Notes: generated from the sequence alone by a model not told the origin. Counted from the first letter of the stretch, positions 17,499 to 28,185 are shown. The stretch: 64,000 nucleotides of DNA from an uncultured Actinomycetes bacterium (GCA_963751715.1 CAVVVM010000004.1:122-64121); one strand, 5' to 3'. Translations and numbers: made by a program.

Positions 17499-17503
17499 GA
17501 CCC

Positions 17504-17521
17504 GGCGCGCGCTCGCGCGCC
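17504..17521. terminator. GC-rich hairpin between convergent genes
   Basis: ggcgcgcg-ct-cgcgcgcc, between the stops at 17498(+) and 17529(-). The loop is very short, so confidence is low. Confidence 0.25.
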
Positions 17522-17528
17522 CGCGTGG

Positions 17529-17810
17529 TCACGGAGAGTCGAAGATCTCGTCGGTGCCCAGCCGCCGCCAGCGGATCCCGGCTTCGCCCTCGATCGAAAT
17601 CCACTCCCAGGTCGCACGCCCATCCGGGTTGGTCATGCTCCAGGTCATCTCCCAAACGCCCGAGGCTCCCTCCACCGGCTTGACCCGAAGGCCGTTCAGC
17701 CATGGGGCCCGACTCGCCCGCAGCTGCCTTGACAGCACAGTCGTGGAATCCGGGAAGTACCTTGCGCAGGAAGCGCTCGCGATGGGCGCGCGGTAGCGCG
17801 CTGAAATCAC
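17529..17810 (-). CDS. RelE/ParE-superfamily-like toxin candidate
   Basis: LRVKPVEGASGVWEMTWSMTNPDGRATWEWISIEGEAGIRWRRLGTDEIF resembles the RelE/ParE pattern. It lies 27 nt downstream of an AbrB-type antitoxin gene. Confidence 0.55.
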   Translation of the reverse strand: MISARYRAPIASASCARYFPDSTTVLSRQLRASRAPWLNGLRVKPVEGASGVWEMTWSMTNPDGRATWEWISIEGEAGIRWRRLGTDEIFDSP

Positions 17811-17837
17811 GATCGAAGGCGCGTGTGGTCTCGAACT

Positions 17838-18140
17838 TCAGGAGTCGAGGCCTTCGAGGTGCTCGACGAGAGCGTCGAGCGACGCGTGGGTCGTCGTGCG
17901 ACCGGCTTTGACGTCGGCGTCCGCCTCCCGCTCCATCTCCTGCCAGCGCTCGGACCAGAACCAGCGCTGGTCGGCAGCGACCGGCAGCGTGGGCCTGAGC
18001 TCGATCACACCATCGTCGCGCTCGACCAGCTCGACTTGCGCGCCGGGCTCGTCGAGGTGATGTCGTCGCCTCAGCTCTGCCGGGAGGGCGACTGTGCCAC
18101 GACTCTGCACTGCCAGGAAGAAGCGGTCTGCCATGCGCAT
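17838..18140 (-). CDS. AbrB/MazE/SpoVT-type antitoxin
   Basis: SRGTVALPAELRRRHHLDEPGAQVELVERDDGVIELRP is a SpoVT/AbrB swapped-hairpin motif. Confidence 0.75.
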   Translation of the reverse strand: MRMADRFFLAVQSRGTVALPAELRRRHHLDEPGAQVELVERDDGVIELRPTLPVAADQRWFWSERWQEMEREADADVKAGRTTTHASLDALVEHLEGLDS

Positions 18141-18239
18141 CAGCCTACCGTACGGTGCCGCTTTGCGGTTTAGCTGTTTTGCGGCTGACTTGGCACGGCC
18201 TCTTGTCGGATGCGTGACAGGCCGTGCCCGATCCGTTCC

Positions 18240-18824
18240 TCAGTCGAGCGATTCGAGCCGCTCGACCACGCCGCTCAGCTCGCGGCTCAACTGCGAGTCG
18301 GGCAGGCGCCGCTCGAACACCTCGGCCAGCGAGCCGTAGTACCAGAGCGTCTGCTCGCGGCTGGCGCTGAAGCGGTCCCACACGGCCGAGCCGACGTCGC
18401 CGTGGTCGAGGACGATCGACCGGGCGTTGTGGAGCTTGTCGGCGCAGCTCACCAGCAGGGTCGAGGCGTCCGCGGATTCGAGGTGAGCGAGGTAGTCCTC
18501 CTTGCGTTTGCGCCACGGTGGCTTGGGTACCTCGTCGGTGTCCGAGCAGGCCCAGACGATCCCGGCGACCCGGTCGCCGAATCGTTCCCGGATCAGCTCG
18601 AGAGTCTCCTTGCCGCCCTGGTCCTCGACCGCGTCGTGCAGCAGGGCGGCGATCACCTCGTCCTCGTCGCCACCCGAGTCGATCACGATGCTTGCCACTC
18701 CGAGCAGGTGCCCGAGGTAGGGGGTTGGCGTGCGCTTGCGGCTCTGGTTCGAGTGCAGCTCGACCGTCAGGGTCAGAGCCTCGGAGAAACGCTCGGCCAG
18801 CAAGGGGGAGGGGGCAAGGCTCAT
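18240..18824 (-). CDS. HD-domain hydrolase (RelA/SpoT-type HD_4, small alarmone hydrolase-like)
   Basis: MSLAPSPLL start at 18824. Contains YLGHLLGVASIV...ALLHDAVEDQG...CADKLHNARS. Confidence 0.8.
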   Translation of the reverse strand: MSLAPSPLLAERFSEALTLTVELHSNQSRKRTPTPYLGHLLGVASIVIDSGGDEDEVIAALLHDAVEDQGGKETLELIRERFGDRVAGIVWACSDTDEVPKPPWRKRKEDYLAHLESADASTLLVSCADKLHNARSIVLDHGDVGSAVWDRFSASREQTLWYYGSLAEVFERRLPDSQLSRELSGVVERLESLD

Positions 18825-19384
18825 CGGCCATGCCCCGACTCGGCTTCGGCTGCGCGCCGCAGCCGCTCGTACTCCTCGCGGCTGATCGTCACACTCTCGC
18901 CGCCGGGTGACTCCTCCCAGGCGACACCGTCGACGACGCCGTCGCCGGCTGGGCCGCCCGTCTGAGCACGCCCGCCGCCGCCGAGGATCTCGGTCAGGCG
19001 ACCCTGCACCTTGTCGAGCACCCACTGGGCCTGGCGGTTGTCGCGGTAGGCCTTCTCGAGCAGCAGCACGACCGCGAGGCGCTCCTCGAAGGTCCAGCCG
19101 TACTCGCCGCTCGCGCCGCGGCCCTTCGCCCTCGCGCCGGCGAGGCGCTGCAGGCGGGCGCTCTCATCCGGCGTCATCGCGCCCTGGGAGTCGGCGTGGT
19201 CGATCAGGATCCGCAGGCCGCGGTCGAGCACCGGGCGAAGCAACGGCTTGATCCGGTCGCGGTTCTCGATCGCGAGCATCAACAGGGCCAAGCCCCGCTT
19301 GACGGCTGCCTTCTGGAGGAACGCGGGGATCGGTGCCATCACGCTTGAGGGTAGAGGGGCATTCGCTGGTCCGGTCGGATCCAT
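18821..19384 (-). CDS. Hypothetical protein translationally coupled to the HD hydrolase (start 19384 or 19339)
   Basis: Its stop overlaps the HD start (ATGA at 18821-18824). No recognisable domain. The C-terminus reads VTISREEYERLRRAAEAE. Confidence 0.45.
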   Translation of the reverse strand: MDPTGPANAPLPSSVMAPIPAFLQKAAVKRGLALLMLAIENRDRIKPLLRPVLDRGLRILIDHADSQGAMTPDESARLQRLAGARAKGRGASGEYGWTFEERLAVVLLLEKAYRDNRQAQWVLDKVQGRLTEILGGGGRAQTGGPAGDGVVDGVAWEESPGGESVTISREEYERLRRAAEAESGHGR

Positions 19385-19439
19385 GCAGGCGAACCTGACT
19401 CGGAGGACGCCGGGCCGTTCGTGTCGAAAGCCAATCGAC

Positions 19440-20301
19440 ATGACCAAAGCGAGGGGAACAGCCAGCCGCCGCCGGTCGCTCGCCGCAGCCATCGCCCTGG
19501 GCTGCCTCGCTCTCGCACCGCAGGCCGCGACCGCAGCCTCGTCGGGCGGCTCGGCACCGGGGACCGTCAAGCCGCCGACATCCGGCTCGGCTCCGCCCGC
19601 GGGCAAGATCGCAAAGTCGCCGAAGTTCCCTCTCTCATCGGCTGCCTGGCTCGACGGCTTCCTGCTGACGGAGTACTGGTCGGCTCCGGAGCGCTGGTAC
19701 CGAGGCGAGCGGGTGTCCGTCCCCGGTCTCTCGAAGAAGTACAGGGTCGACTTCCTCTACTCGGCAACCGGCGTCGCGATGCAGGGCGACGGACTCGCGA
19801 TGGACGGCACCCACATCCACATGTCGACCCTGATCCGCGGTTACCTGACCAAGCGCGCCCGACCGCTGAGCGAAGGCGCTCCTTACTGGGCGACGGAGTA
19901 CTACTGGCTCAACTCCGCGGGGGAGATCACCTTTCCGCTCGAGGCGGGCGGCTGGGCGAACGGCCCTTCGGCCGACAGGCACGCCAAGCCGAAGGTCGGC
20001 CCGGTGCGAGCCGTCTTCGCGACCGGGCCCTCGCTCGGCTCGTCCAGGCCTTGAGGTCAAGCCGCTGCGCTCGATCGCTGTCGACCCGAAGGTCGTCCCG
20101 TACCGCAGCGCCGTCTGGCTGCCCGCCTACGGCCGATGGTTCTGCGCGGCCGACACCGGCGGCGCGATCAAGGGGCGCCACTTCGACGTCTTCCGCAGTG
20201 CCCCGGCCACCCGCGACAGCGGAAACTCGCGCTACGGGCAGACGGTCTACGTGCTGCCACCGGCTCAGGCTCGACTTCTGCAGCCGCTGGCCTGCGCCTG
20301 A
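19440..20301 (+). pseudogene. Secreted 3D-domain (MltA-like) cell-wall protein, one frameshift near 20045
   Basis: MTKARGTASRRRSLAAAIALGCLALAPQAATA is a signal peptide. After the frame change the peptide reads KPLRSIAVDPKVVPYRSAVWLPAYGRWFCAADTGGAIKGRHFDVF, the 3D-domain signature. Confidence 0.7.
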
Positions 20302-20413
20302 CCACGGTCCGCTCCCGCAAGTCAGGAACCGCCGACCGGCGACGACCGGGCGGTTGTGAGTTCCGACCACCCCCACATCAGAGCGACCCGGCGATCCGCC
20401 CCTCGAGGAGAGG

Positions 20414-21476
20414 ATGCGCGGCTCGATCATCGCGGGCGCTGTCGGCGACGCTCTCGGGGCCGCGGTCGAGTTCCGAACGATCGACGAGATCCGCAAGACA
20501 CACGGTCCCGAAGGGGTGACCGGGCCGCTGCCCGCCTACGGGCAGGAGTTCGCGATCACGGACGACACCCAGATGCTGCTGTTCACCGCGGAGGGCCTGA
20601 TCCGCTGCCTCGTGCGCTTCCGCAACAAGGGGATCGGCCCCGACCACATCACCCTGCTCGACCGCGCCTACCGCCGCTGGCTGCACACCCAGGGGGAGGA
20701 GCCGCCCGGCTGGGACGAGATGACCGACAGCGGCTGGCTGCACCACGAACCGGGGATGCATTCGCTCAGGGCCCCGGGCAACACCTGCCTCAGCGCGGTG
20801 CGCGACAGCAGGGTCGGCAGCGTCTCGGAGCCGCTCAACGACAGCAAGGGCTGCGGGACCGTGATGAGGATCGCCCCGGTTGGCCTGCTCGAGCCGTACA
20901 TCGCATCCGAGAGCCGGTTCGAGATGGCGGCCGACATCGCCGCCCTCACCCACGGCCACCCGACCGCTCAGGTGGCGGCCGGCGCCCTGGCCGTGATCAT
21001 CAGCCGGATCTGCCTCGGCTGGGATCTCCGCGACTCGATCGACTACGCGCTCGAGAACATCCGCGACCGCGACTCGGCGCAGGAGACCGTCGAAGCCATT
21101 GAAGCTGCCCTCTCCCTGTCCAGGAGCGGGCGGGAGCCCGGCCCGGACGTCGGTCGAAGAACTCGGCGGCGGCTGGGTTGCCGAGGAGGCGCTCGCGATC
21201 GCCCTCTACTGCTCGCTCGTCTCCCGTGACCTGAGCTCCGGCCTGCTGCTCGCCGTCAACCACAGCGGCGACAGCGACAGCACCGGTGCGATCACCGGCA
21301 ACATCCTCGGCGCGCTCCACGGCGAGTCGGCGGTCCCGCAGGAGTGGGTTGCGCTGCTTGACCAGCGCGAGGTCGTCGAGCTGATCGCGACCGACTGGGT
21401 CACGGCGTTCATCCACGGCACGGGGGCCGGCGACAGCGAGCAGGATCTGTTCGCCACTGCCTACCCCGGCTGGTAG
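20414..21476 (+). pseudogene. ADP-ribosylglycohydrolase (ARH/DraG family), one frameshift near 21130-21150
   Basis: N-terminus GSIIAGAVGDALGAAVEF...ITDDTQM. After the shift: [16 protein letters not shown]...[19 protein letters not shown]. Confidence 0.8.
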
Positions 21477-21565
21477 CGGCTGCGGCAGTTACACAATTTC
21501 GGTTGCGCGACCGACCGAAAGCACTGTTTACTGGACCCGACCAGCCCAGACAACGGAGTTCGCCG

Positions 21566-22075
21566 ATGCCGCAGCAGAAGGGTTTCATCAAGTCCCTGTT
21601 CGACATTTCGTTCACGTCGTTCGTGACGCCGAGGGTCGTCAAGTTCCTCTACATCGTGACCCTCGTGATCCTCGCGATCGCATACGTAGGGATTGCGATT
21701 GCGATCTTCTCCGGTGGCGACTCCGGGGTCCAGATGGACTACAACGGGAACGCCTACGAGAGTGGCGGCGGCGGGAACGCCGGGTTCGGCGTCTTCTGGC
21801 TGCTGGTCCTCGGGCCGCTGATGTTCATCCTCTACACGCTGATCTACCGGGTCTTCTTCGAGCTGGTGATCGTGATCTTCCGGATCTACCAGAACTCGAG
21901 TGAGCGGCTTGCGATCGCTCGCGAACTGAACCCCGAGGCGGCGGCCAGGGTCGCGGCCGCAGGCCACCCGCACCAGCAGGTCGCCGAGGCCGCCCAGCAG
22001 CCGCCACCTGCGCCACCTGCGCCACCGCCGACGGCACCGCCGACGCCACCCGGCCCGGGGGAGGCGGGCCAATGA
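21566..22075 (+). CDS. DUF4282-like membrane protein with a Pro-rich tail
   Basis: MPQQKGFIKSLFDISFTSFVTPRVVKFLYIVTLVILAI, two TM segments, and a C-terminal PPPAPPAPPPTAPPTPP tail. Confidence 0.7.
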   Translation: MPQQKGFIKSLFDISFTSFVTPRVVKFLYIVTLVILAIAYVGIAIAIFSGGDSGVQMDYNGNAYESGGGGNAGFGVFWLLVLGPLMFILYTLIYRVFFELVIVIFRIYQNSSERLAIARELNPEAAARVAAAGHPHQQVAEAAQQPPPAPPAPPPTAPPTPPGPGEAGQ

Positions 22076-22407
22076 GGATCACCCGGATCACCACCGTTGC
22101 CGCACTGCTGGCCGCCGTCGCAGTGGCCGGCTGCTCGATCTCGGCCGGCGAGAAGACGATGTCCCAGGCCGACGTCGAGAAGCAGAGCGCGATCGAGCTC
22201 GGCAAGAGCGTTGGGATCGCCACCGAGAAGGTGCCGCCGATCAAATGCCCCGGCGACCTCAAGGCGAAGGTCGGCACGACCATGACCTGCGTGCTCGGCA
22301 ACCCGGGAGGCAAGACCTACGACACGCTGATCACAGTGACCAAGGTCGATGATTCGACCGACAAGGTCTACTTCGACATCAAGGTCGCCAAGACGCCGCG
22401 GTCCTGA
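22072..22407 (+). CDS. Lipoprotein (DUF4333-like)
   Basis: Lipobox LAAVAVAGC. Its ATG overlaps the stop of the preceding gene (aATGA). Confidence 0.7.
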   Translation: MRITRITTVAALLAAVAVAGCSISAGEKTMSQADVEKQSAIELGKSVGIATEKVPPIKCPGDLKAKVGTTMTCVLGNPGGKTYDTLITVTKVDDSTDKVYFDIKVAKTPRS

Positions 22408-22423
22408 GCTGACGCGCCGCGCT

Positions 22424-22454
22424 CGGCCGATCGCCCAACCCCAGCGATCGGCCG
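22424..22454. terminator. Bidirectional terminator-like hairpin (11-bp stem cggccgatcgc / gcgatcggccg)
   Basis: Perfect 11-bp inverted repeat with a 9-nt loop, between the convergent stops at 22407(+) and 22489(-). Confidence 0.5.
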
Positions 22455-22488
22455 GGATCATTCGGCTGACGGTTGCTCTTCGCGGCGG

Positions 22489-24988
22489 TTACTTGAAGCG
22501 GTACTTCTTGCTGTTCGCTTTGCCCTTGCTGGCGCCCTTGGCCGGAGTCACCGCCGCGAGCCAGGCGCCCTTCGTCGCTTTCTCACGCTGCAGGAGCGGC
22601 GAGCGAGCTTCCTCCTGCCTTGCTTGATCGTGACGTTCTTGCACTTCCCGGTCTTGGTCTTTCGACCCTGTTCGCGGTCAGCGCGTAGGTAAGGCCCCTG
22701 GTGGGCGTAATCAGTGCGGTAATTGTTTTGCCTCTTGCTGACGCTGACCACGTAACAGTTGGTTTCGCGGGCGCCGGTTTCACGGTCGCCAGAACAGGCC
22801 ACGGTGCCCCGCAGCGTTCCGTCGGTTCCAACTGCCCGCCGCGTAGTTGCGTGTGGTGCCGCCAACGGTGGTGAACCAGCCGCCGACGTAGACGGTTGAG
22901 CCTGAAACCGCAAGCGCGTTCACGGTGTTATCAAGGTTCGGGTTCCAAGTTGTGAGTGTGCCATCTGTTCCAACGGCTGCCGCATTGTTGCGTGTGGTGC
23001 CACCAGCGGTGCTGAAGTGGCCGCCGAGGTAGACGGTCGAGCCCGAAACCGTAAGGGCGTACACGTTGTTATCGATGTTTGGGTCCCAAGATGTGAGCGT
23101 TCCATCGGTTCCAACTGCCGCCGCATGGTCGCGTGTCGTGCCACCAACGCGGTTGAAGTAGCCGCCGAGGTAAACGGTCGAGCCTGAAACCGCAAGCGCA
23201 AACACGCCGTCATTGACGGTTGGGTTCCAGGATGGGTTGAGCGTTCCATCTGTTCCAACTGCCGCCGCGTTCTTGCGTGTGGTGGCTCCCACGGTCAGAA
23301 ACCACCGCCGAGGTAGACGGCCGAGCCTGAAACCACAAGCGCGTACACGCTCCGGTCGAGGTCCGGGTTCCAAGATGTGAGCGTTCCATTGGTTCGAACT
23401 GCCGCCGCATGGTTGCGTTTCATGCAGCGTGCCACCAACCGGTGGTGAACCAGCCGCCGAGGTAGACGGTCGAGCCTGAAACCGCAAGCGCGTTCACGCT
23501 GTTATCAAGGTCCGGGTTCCAAGTTGAGAGCGTGCCGTTGGTTCCAACTGCCGCCGCATATCGTGTGTAGTGCCCGCCACGACGGGCGTAAAGTCGCCGC
23601 CAAGGTAGAGCGGCTGAACATCCCGAAAACCGCGCTTCGTCTCGACCGTGGCATTGAGTCGGGTTCAGGCGTGAGGTTCCATCTTGTTCCAACTGCCGGC
23701 CGCATGGTCGTGCGTCGTGCCAGCCGACGCGGTGAACTCTGCCGCCGAGGTAGACGGTTGAGCCCGAAACCGTAAGCGCGTTCACCGGCGTCATTATGCA
23801 GGTTCGGGGCTCCAGGTTGGGTTGAGCGTTCCGTTGGTTCCAACCGCTGCCGCGTAGTTTTGTGTGGTGCCGCCAACGGTGGTGAACCAGCCGCCGAGGT
23901 AGACGGTTAAGCCCGAAACCGCAAGCGCGTTCAATGTGGCATCAAGGTCCGGGTTCCAAGTTGAGAGCGTGCCGTTGGTTCCAACTGCCGCCGCATGGTT
24001 GCGTGTAGTGCCACCAACGGTGTAGAACTCGCCGCCGAGGTAGACGGTTGAACCTGAAACCGCAAGCGCCTTCACGCCACGATTTGGGTTTGGGTTCCAA
24101 GCCGTGAGCGTTCCATCTGTTCCAACTGCCGCCGCATTGTTGCGTGCCGTGACACCAACGGTGGTGAATTCGCCGCCGAGGTAGACGGTCGATCCCAAAC
24201 CGCAAGCGCAAACACGCCGTCATCGAGGTTCGGGTCCCAAGATGTAGCGTTCCATCGGTTCCAACTGCCTGCCGCGCGGTTGCGTGTAATACCACCAACG
24301 GCCGAAAAACGGCCGCCGAGGTAGACGGTCGAGCCCGAAACAGCGAGAGCGTGCACTCCTCCGTTGACGTCCGGGTCCCAAGATGTGAGTACACTGTCGG
24401 TTCCAACTGCTGCCACATGGTTGCGTGTGATGGCACCTACTTTGTTGAAGTAGCCGCCGAGGTAGACCGTTGATCCTGAAACCGTAAGCGCGTTCACGTC
24501 GCTATTGAGGGTTGGGTTCCAACTCGAGTCGAGTGAGCCGTCGGCATTGATGTGGGCAGCGCGGTTGCGCTCCACGCCATCTACAGCATTGAAGTCACCA
24601 CCGATGTAATAGCCGCCGGCACCATCCGCGGCGGACCGCGTAGACGCTGCCGCCGGTTACCCGTGGGAACGATCGATTCACGGACGCGGTCGATGCACCT
24701 ACGAGCGCGCCGCTGCCAGTACCCCGAAGCATCAAAAAAGCAGTGAACGAGCCTCCCAGGTAGCGGGTGCCGTTCGCATCCGTCCGCTGATCGCTTTCAA
24801 TGCGCCGTTCGGCCCCGGCGCCACGCTGATCCGGTTGACGGCCAGCGCGGGGGCAGCGAAGATCGCGGCAGCGACCACCGCGGCTCCCAGCAGCGCCCCA
24901 ACGCGCGCAAACCTGCGCACGGGCAGAGGCGAGAGATCGTCAGAACGGATTCGGACCGATGCGGCTCGCCTGTGGTCAAGTAGGTCAT
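22489..24988 (-). pseudogene. Secreted repeat protein, beta-propeller-like (~47-aa repeats, delta-60/DUF5122-like), at least 8 frame disruptions
   Basis: ATG at 24988 with the SD aaaggagaag. Signal-like RRFARVGALLGAAVVAAAIFAAPALA. The repeat NALAVSGSTVYLGGxFTTVGGTTRNxAAAVGTDGTLxxWNPNLD is spread over ORFs 24072..24575, 23794..24198, 23420..23794 and 22780..23487. The C-terminus ...KGKANSKKYRFK stops at 22489. Confidence 0.7.
22790..24560. repeat. Coding tandem repeat, period ~139-149 bp, at least 12 units
   Basis: The core ggttccaactgccgccgc recurs near 22826, 22967, 23108, 23251, 23391, 23540, 23687, 23836, 23978, 24119, 24258 and 24399. Confidence 0.85.
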
Positions 24989-25014
24989 CGATCTCTTCTC
25001 CTTTTGTTCGGGGG

Positions 25015-25034
25015 GTTTCGGCTGCAGCCGAAAC
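25015..25034. terminator. Perfect 20-nt palindrome gtttcggctgcagccgaaac between the permease stop and the repeat-protein RBS
   Basis: 8-bp stem with a 4-nt loop. On the minus strand it lies downstream of the stop at 25188 and 27 nt upstream of the ATG at 24988. Confidence 0.4.
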
Positions 25035-25187
25035 CGTCACTCTCAGAGCCAGGAGGCTTTCGAGCGCACTGTCCTTCGGAAGCCGAAGCTGCATGCTCAC
25101 ACTCGGTCCGCGCCAGCATGAGCAACTCGCCTTGACGCTCAGCTGCGGGGCTGGGCGGATCGCCCAACCCCTGATGACAGGCCGAGG

Positions 25188-26726
25188 TCAGTCGGCGGGG
25201 TTCTGCTCCGGCGCTGCCTCGCCGGCGATCGGCACGACGACCCGTTCGCGCCTGACCGAGGGCTGACGAGGTAGCCGATCACCGCGACGGCGAAGACGAC
25301 GGCCAGCGTCCCGAGGGTCAACGTCTCGTAGGTCATCCGGTTGTACCCCAAGTGTCGCCGAAGTCATAGGACACGTCGAACAGGCTCTGAGGGTGCCCGG
25401 GAACAGGCCGACCCAGGTGCCGAGGCCCGCCCAGAAGGTCGTCAGGGCGACAGCGATGATCATCAGGGCGTTGCCCTTGTCGCCGAGCCGGTACGGGCGC
25501 TCGACGTGCCCGTGGCTGTAGCGCAGCTTCAGGACCGCGGGGAAGATCCAGAGGTACTGACATCAGCGTCGTCGAGATCGCGATCGTCAGCACGATGTAG
25601 AACTTCGAGTTCTCACCGCTGTCGAAGAACTTGACGGCGACGATCATGAAGATCGAGGCGACGAGGCCCGAGAGGACGTTGACCCTCACCGGAGTGCCAA
25701 GCCGCTCATTGAACCGACCGAAGTACTTGTAGAACGCTCCGTCGTAAGCGGCGACGGCGAGGATCCTGTCACCGCCGATCATCCAGACCGCGCCTGAGGT
25801 CAGCAGGGTGATGATGAAGCCGACCGCAGCGAACTGGCTGAGGCCCTTGGCAGCACCGCCGTAGACGGTGAAGGTCTGGTCTTACGGCGTCGAGGAAGCC
25901 GGAGATGCCGGTCACCTTGTCGAGCGGCAGCACCAGAAGGATGCACAGGATCGGGATCGCGTAAAGAGTCACTCCGAGCGCAGCGCTGCGCCTGACCGAC
26001 TTGGGTACGTCGTCCTGCGGGTTGGTCATCTCCTCGGCGGCTCCGTTCTGCAGCTCGAAGCCGACGTAGTTGAACAGCAGCACCGGCACGAGGGCGAGGA
26101 ACACCGTCATCGTCGGCGACGCGTCGCCGATGCCGTGGAAGCCGTTCTTGACCCCGTAGATGATCGCCGTCACCGAGAAAAGGCCGAGGATGAGGACCCT
26201 CATGATCGCGCCGAGGTTCGGGATCCACTTGCCTCGGTTGAGCGACGCGATCGCGACGCCGATCGAGATCCAGATGAAGATCAGCTTGAAGGCGTAGTCG
26301 CCGGCAGTGCCCGGCTCGATGAAGGTGATGTTCGAGCTCCACGCAGCGGTGGCGATGAAGGCGAGCGAACCACCCACCCAGAAGGGGTTCGTCGCCCGGT
26401 AGAGGACCGCGACCATGGCGCCCTGAAACCGACCGAAGGCGAGCTTGACCCACTCGTAAGGACCGCCCTCCTCGGTGAAGGCGCTGCCGACCTCGGCCAT
26501 CAGCAGGGCGTAGGGAAGCACGAACAGGAAGGCGAGCAGGATCAGCCAGAAGAAGCCCTGAGCGCCCTGCGCCGCGACGATGCCGAGTGTGTCCAGGACC
26601 GACCAGGGCGCAGAGGGTGAAGAGCGTCATGTCGAGCCGCTTGAGCGACTTCTGGAGCTTGCCCTTCTCCTCGAGTGCGAGTGCCGTCGTCTCCTCGACG
26701 AGCTGCGGGTCGGCTGCTGTGCTCAC
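25188..26726 (-). pseudogene. APC-superfamily amino-acid permease (GadC-like), at least 5 frame disruptions
   Basis: GTG at 26726 with the SD ggaggga. Segments KSLKRLDMTLFTLCALVG, LPYALLMAEVGSAFTEEGGPYEWV (ORF 25769..26521), MIGGDRILAVAAYDGAFYKYFGRFNERLGTPV (25333..25782) and MIIAVALTTFWAGLGTW (25188..25463) lie in different frames. Confidence 0.8.
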
Positions 26727-26830
26727 TGATGCTCCCTCCGGTAGTTGGTTGGGGGGATGAGCAAAGCTATGCGAACGGGCGGCGCGGTGTAAGTTCGCCG
26801 TCCGCATCGGTCGTCAGCCTTGCCCCTGCA

Positions 26831-28185
26831 ATGGCGGGAACCGAGGAACAGGCGAGCGAAGGTCCGCGCCTCGACTGGCTCTCGCAGCGGGAGCGGTCGC
26901 GCAGCTGGGGTTTGCGCTTCCGCCTGCGGGAATGGCTGCAGGGCAGCCTGATCGTGATTCCCTCGATCTACCTGACTGCGGTACTTGTCCTCGCATTCGC
27001 TGTGCCCCAGGCCGAGCGCAGAGGGGACCTGCTCAGTCTCGACGTCGCGGCCACGACCGGGGTGACCCTGCTCTCGTCGATCGCCGGCGGGATGATCGCT
27101 TTCAGCGGCCTTGTCGTCTCGATCGCCGTTCTTGTAGTCCAGTTCTCGGCCGGGCAGTACTCGCCAAGGCTGGTGGCTCGCTTCCGTCGGGATCCGATCC
27201 TCAAGCACTCGCTCGGGATCTTCATCGCTCCTGCGGTGTACTCGCTGATCACCCTTCGCAACATCGGCCAGGACGGAGGCGACGTGGCTCCCAGCCTCAC
27301 GATCGGCGTCGCGTTCCTGCTGCTGGGGGCCGCGATCTTCTCGTTCTTCGTCTTGATCGGCCGGCTGCTCGACCTGCTCAGGCCGCGGCGACTGGTCGCG
27401 CACCTCGTGAGCCAGGGTGCCCACGCCGCGACGGAGGTCTACCCCTTCCGGTACGGCGAGGCCCCGGCCGCCCCGAACCCGGGCGGGGCAGAGGTCGGCC
27501 GGCCCACCGTCCTCAGCTACCACGGCTCGCCCGCCGTTCTTGTCGCCCTCGACCGGGGGCGGCTGGTGAGGGCTGCGACGAGCGCCGACGTGGTGATCGA
27601 GTTGACGGTCGGGGTTGGTGCCTACCTGCCTCGCGAGGCTCCGATCTTCAGGATCCACCGGCAGGCCGAGTCCGGCGAGATCGACGAGGTCGAGCTGCAG
27701 CGCAGCCTGATGGTCGGGGACGGGCGCACGATCACCCAGGACCCCGGGTTCGCGATCAGGGTGATGGTCGACGTCGCGGCGCGGGCGCTTTCACCGGCCG
27801 TGAACGATCCGACCACTGCGGTCGAGGTGCTCGACGGACTGAGACGGTCCTGCTCGGCCTCTCCTGGAGGGACCTCAGGCGAGGCCGGATCGCAGACAGC
27901 ACGGGGCGCTTGCGCTTGACTTTCCCCAACCCGGGATGGGAGGAGCTGCTCGACCTGTCCGTGACCGAGATCCGTCGCTTCGGTGCGGGCTCGCCTCAGG
28001 TGACCCGCAGGATGAGGGCTCTGCTCGGCGACCTCCTCGAACACACGCCCGATGAGCGCGACCCAGCTGTCCTCGCCCAGCTCGCTCGCCTCGAGGTGGC
28101 CGTCCGGGCGGAGGTGAGCGATCCGGTCGAGCTGCAGTACGCCCTGACCGCCGACCGGCTCGGAATCGGCAACGTTGCACCCTGA
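26831..28185 (+). pseudogene. DUF2254-family membrane protein, one frameshift near 27845
   Basis: MAGTEEQ start, TM segments, then GDGRTITQDPGFAIRVMVDVAARALSPAVNDPTTAVEVLD. The C-terminus continues in the frame of ORF 26932..28185 (SVTEIRRFGAGSPQVTRRMRALLGDLL). Confidence 0.75.

Noticed and set aside
19340-19440. A possible c-di-AMP (ydaO-type) riboswitch upstream of the 3D-domain cell-wall gene, as is often found before such genes in Actinobacteria.
   Set aside because: The ~100-nt leader is too short. I could not find the conserved ydaO sequence blocks by eye, so there is no support without a covariance-model search.
22790-24560. The regular ~141-bp repeats considered as a CRISPR array.
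   Set aside because: There are no unique spacers. The whole unit is repeated and encodes a conserved ~47-aa protein repeat, there are no cas genes, and the period is far larger than a CRISPR repeat plus spacer.
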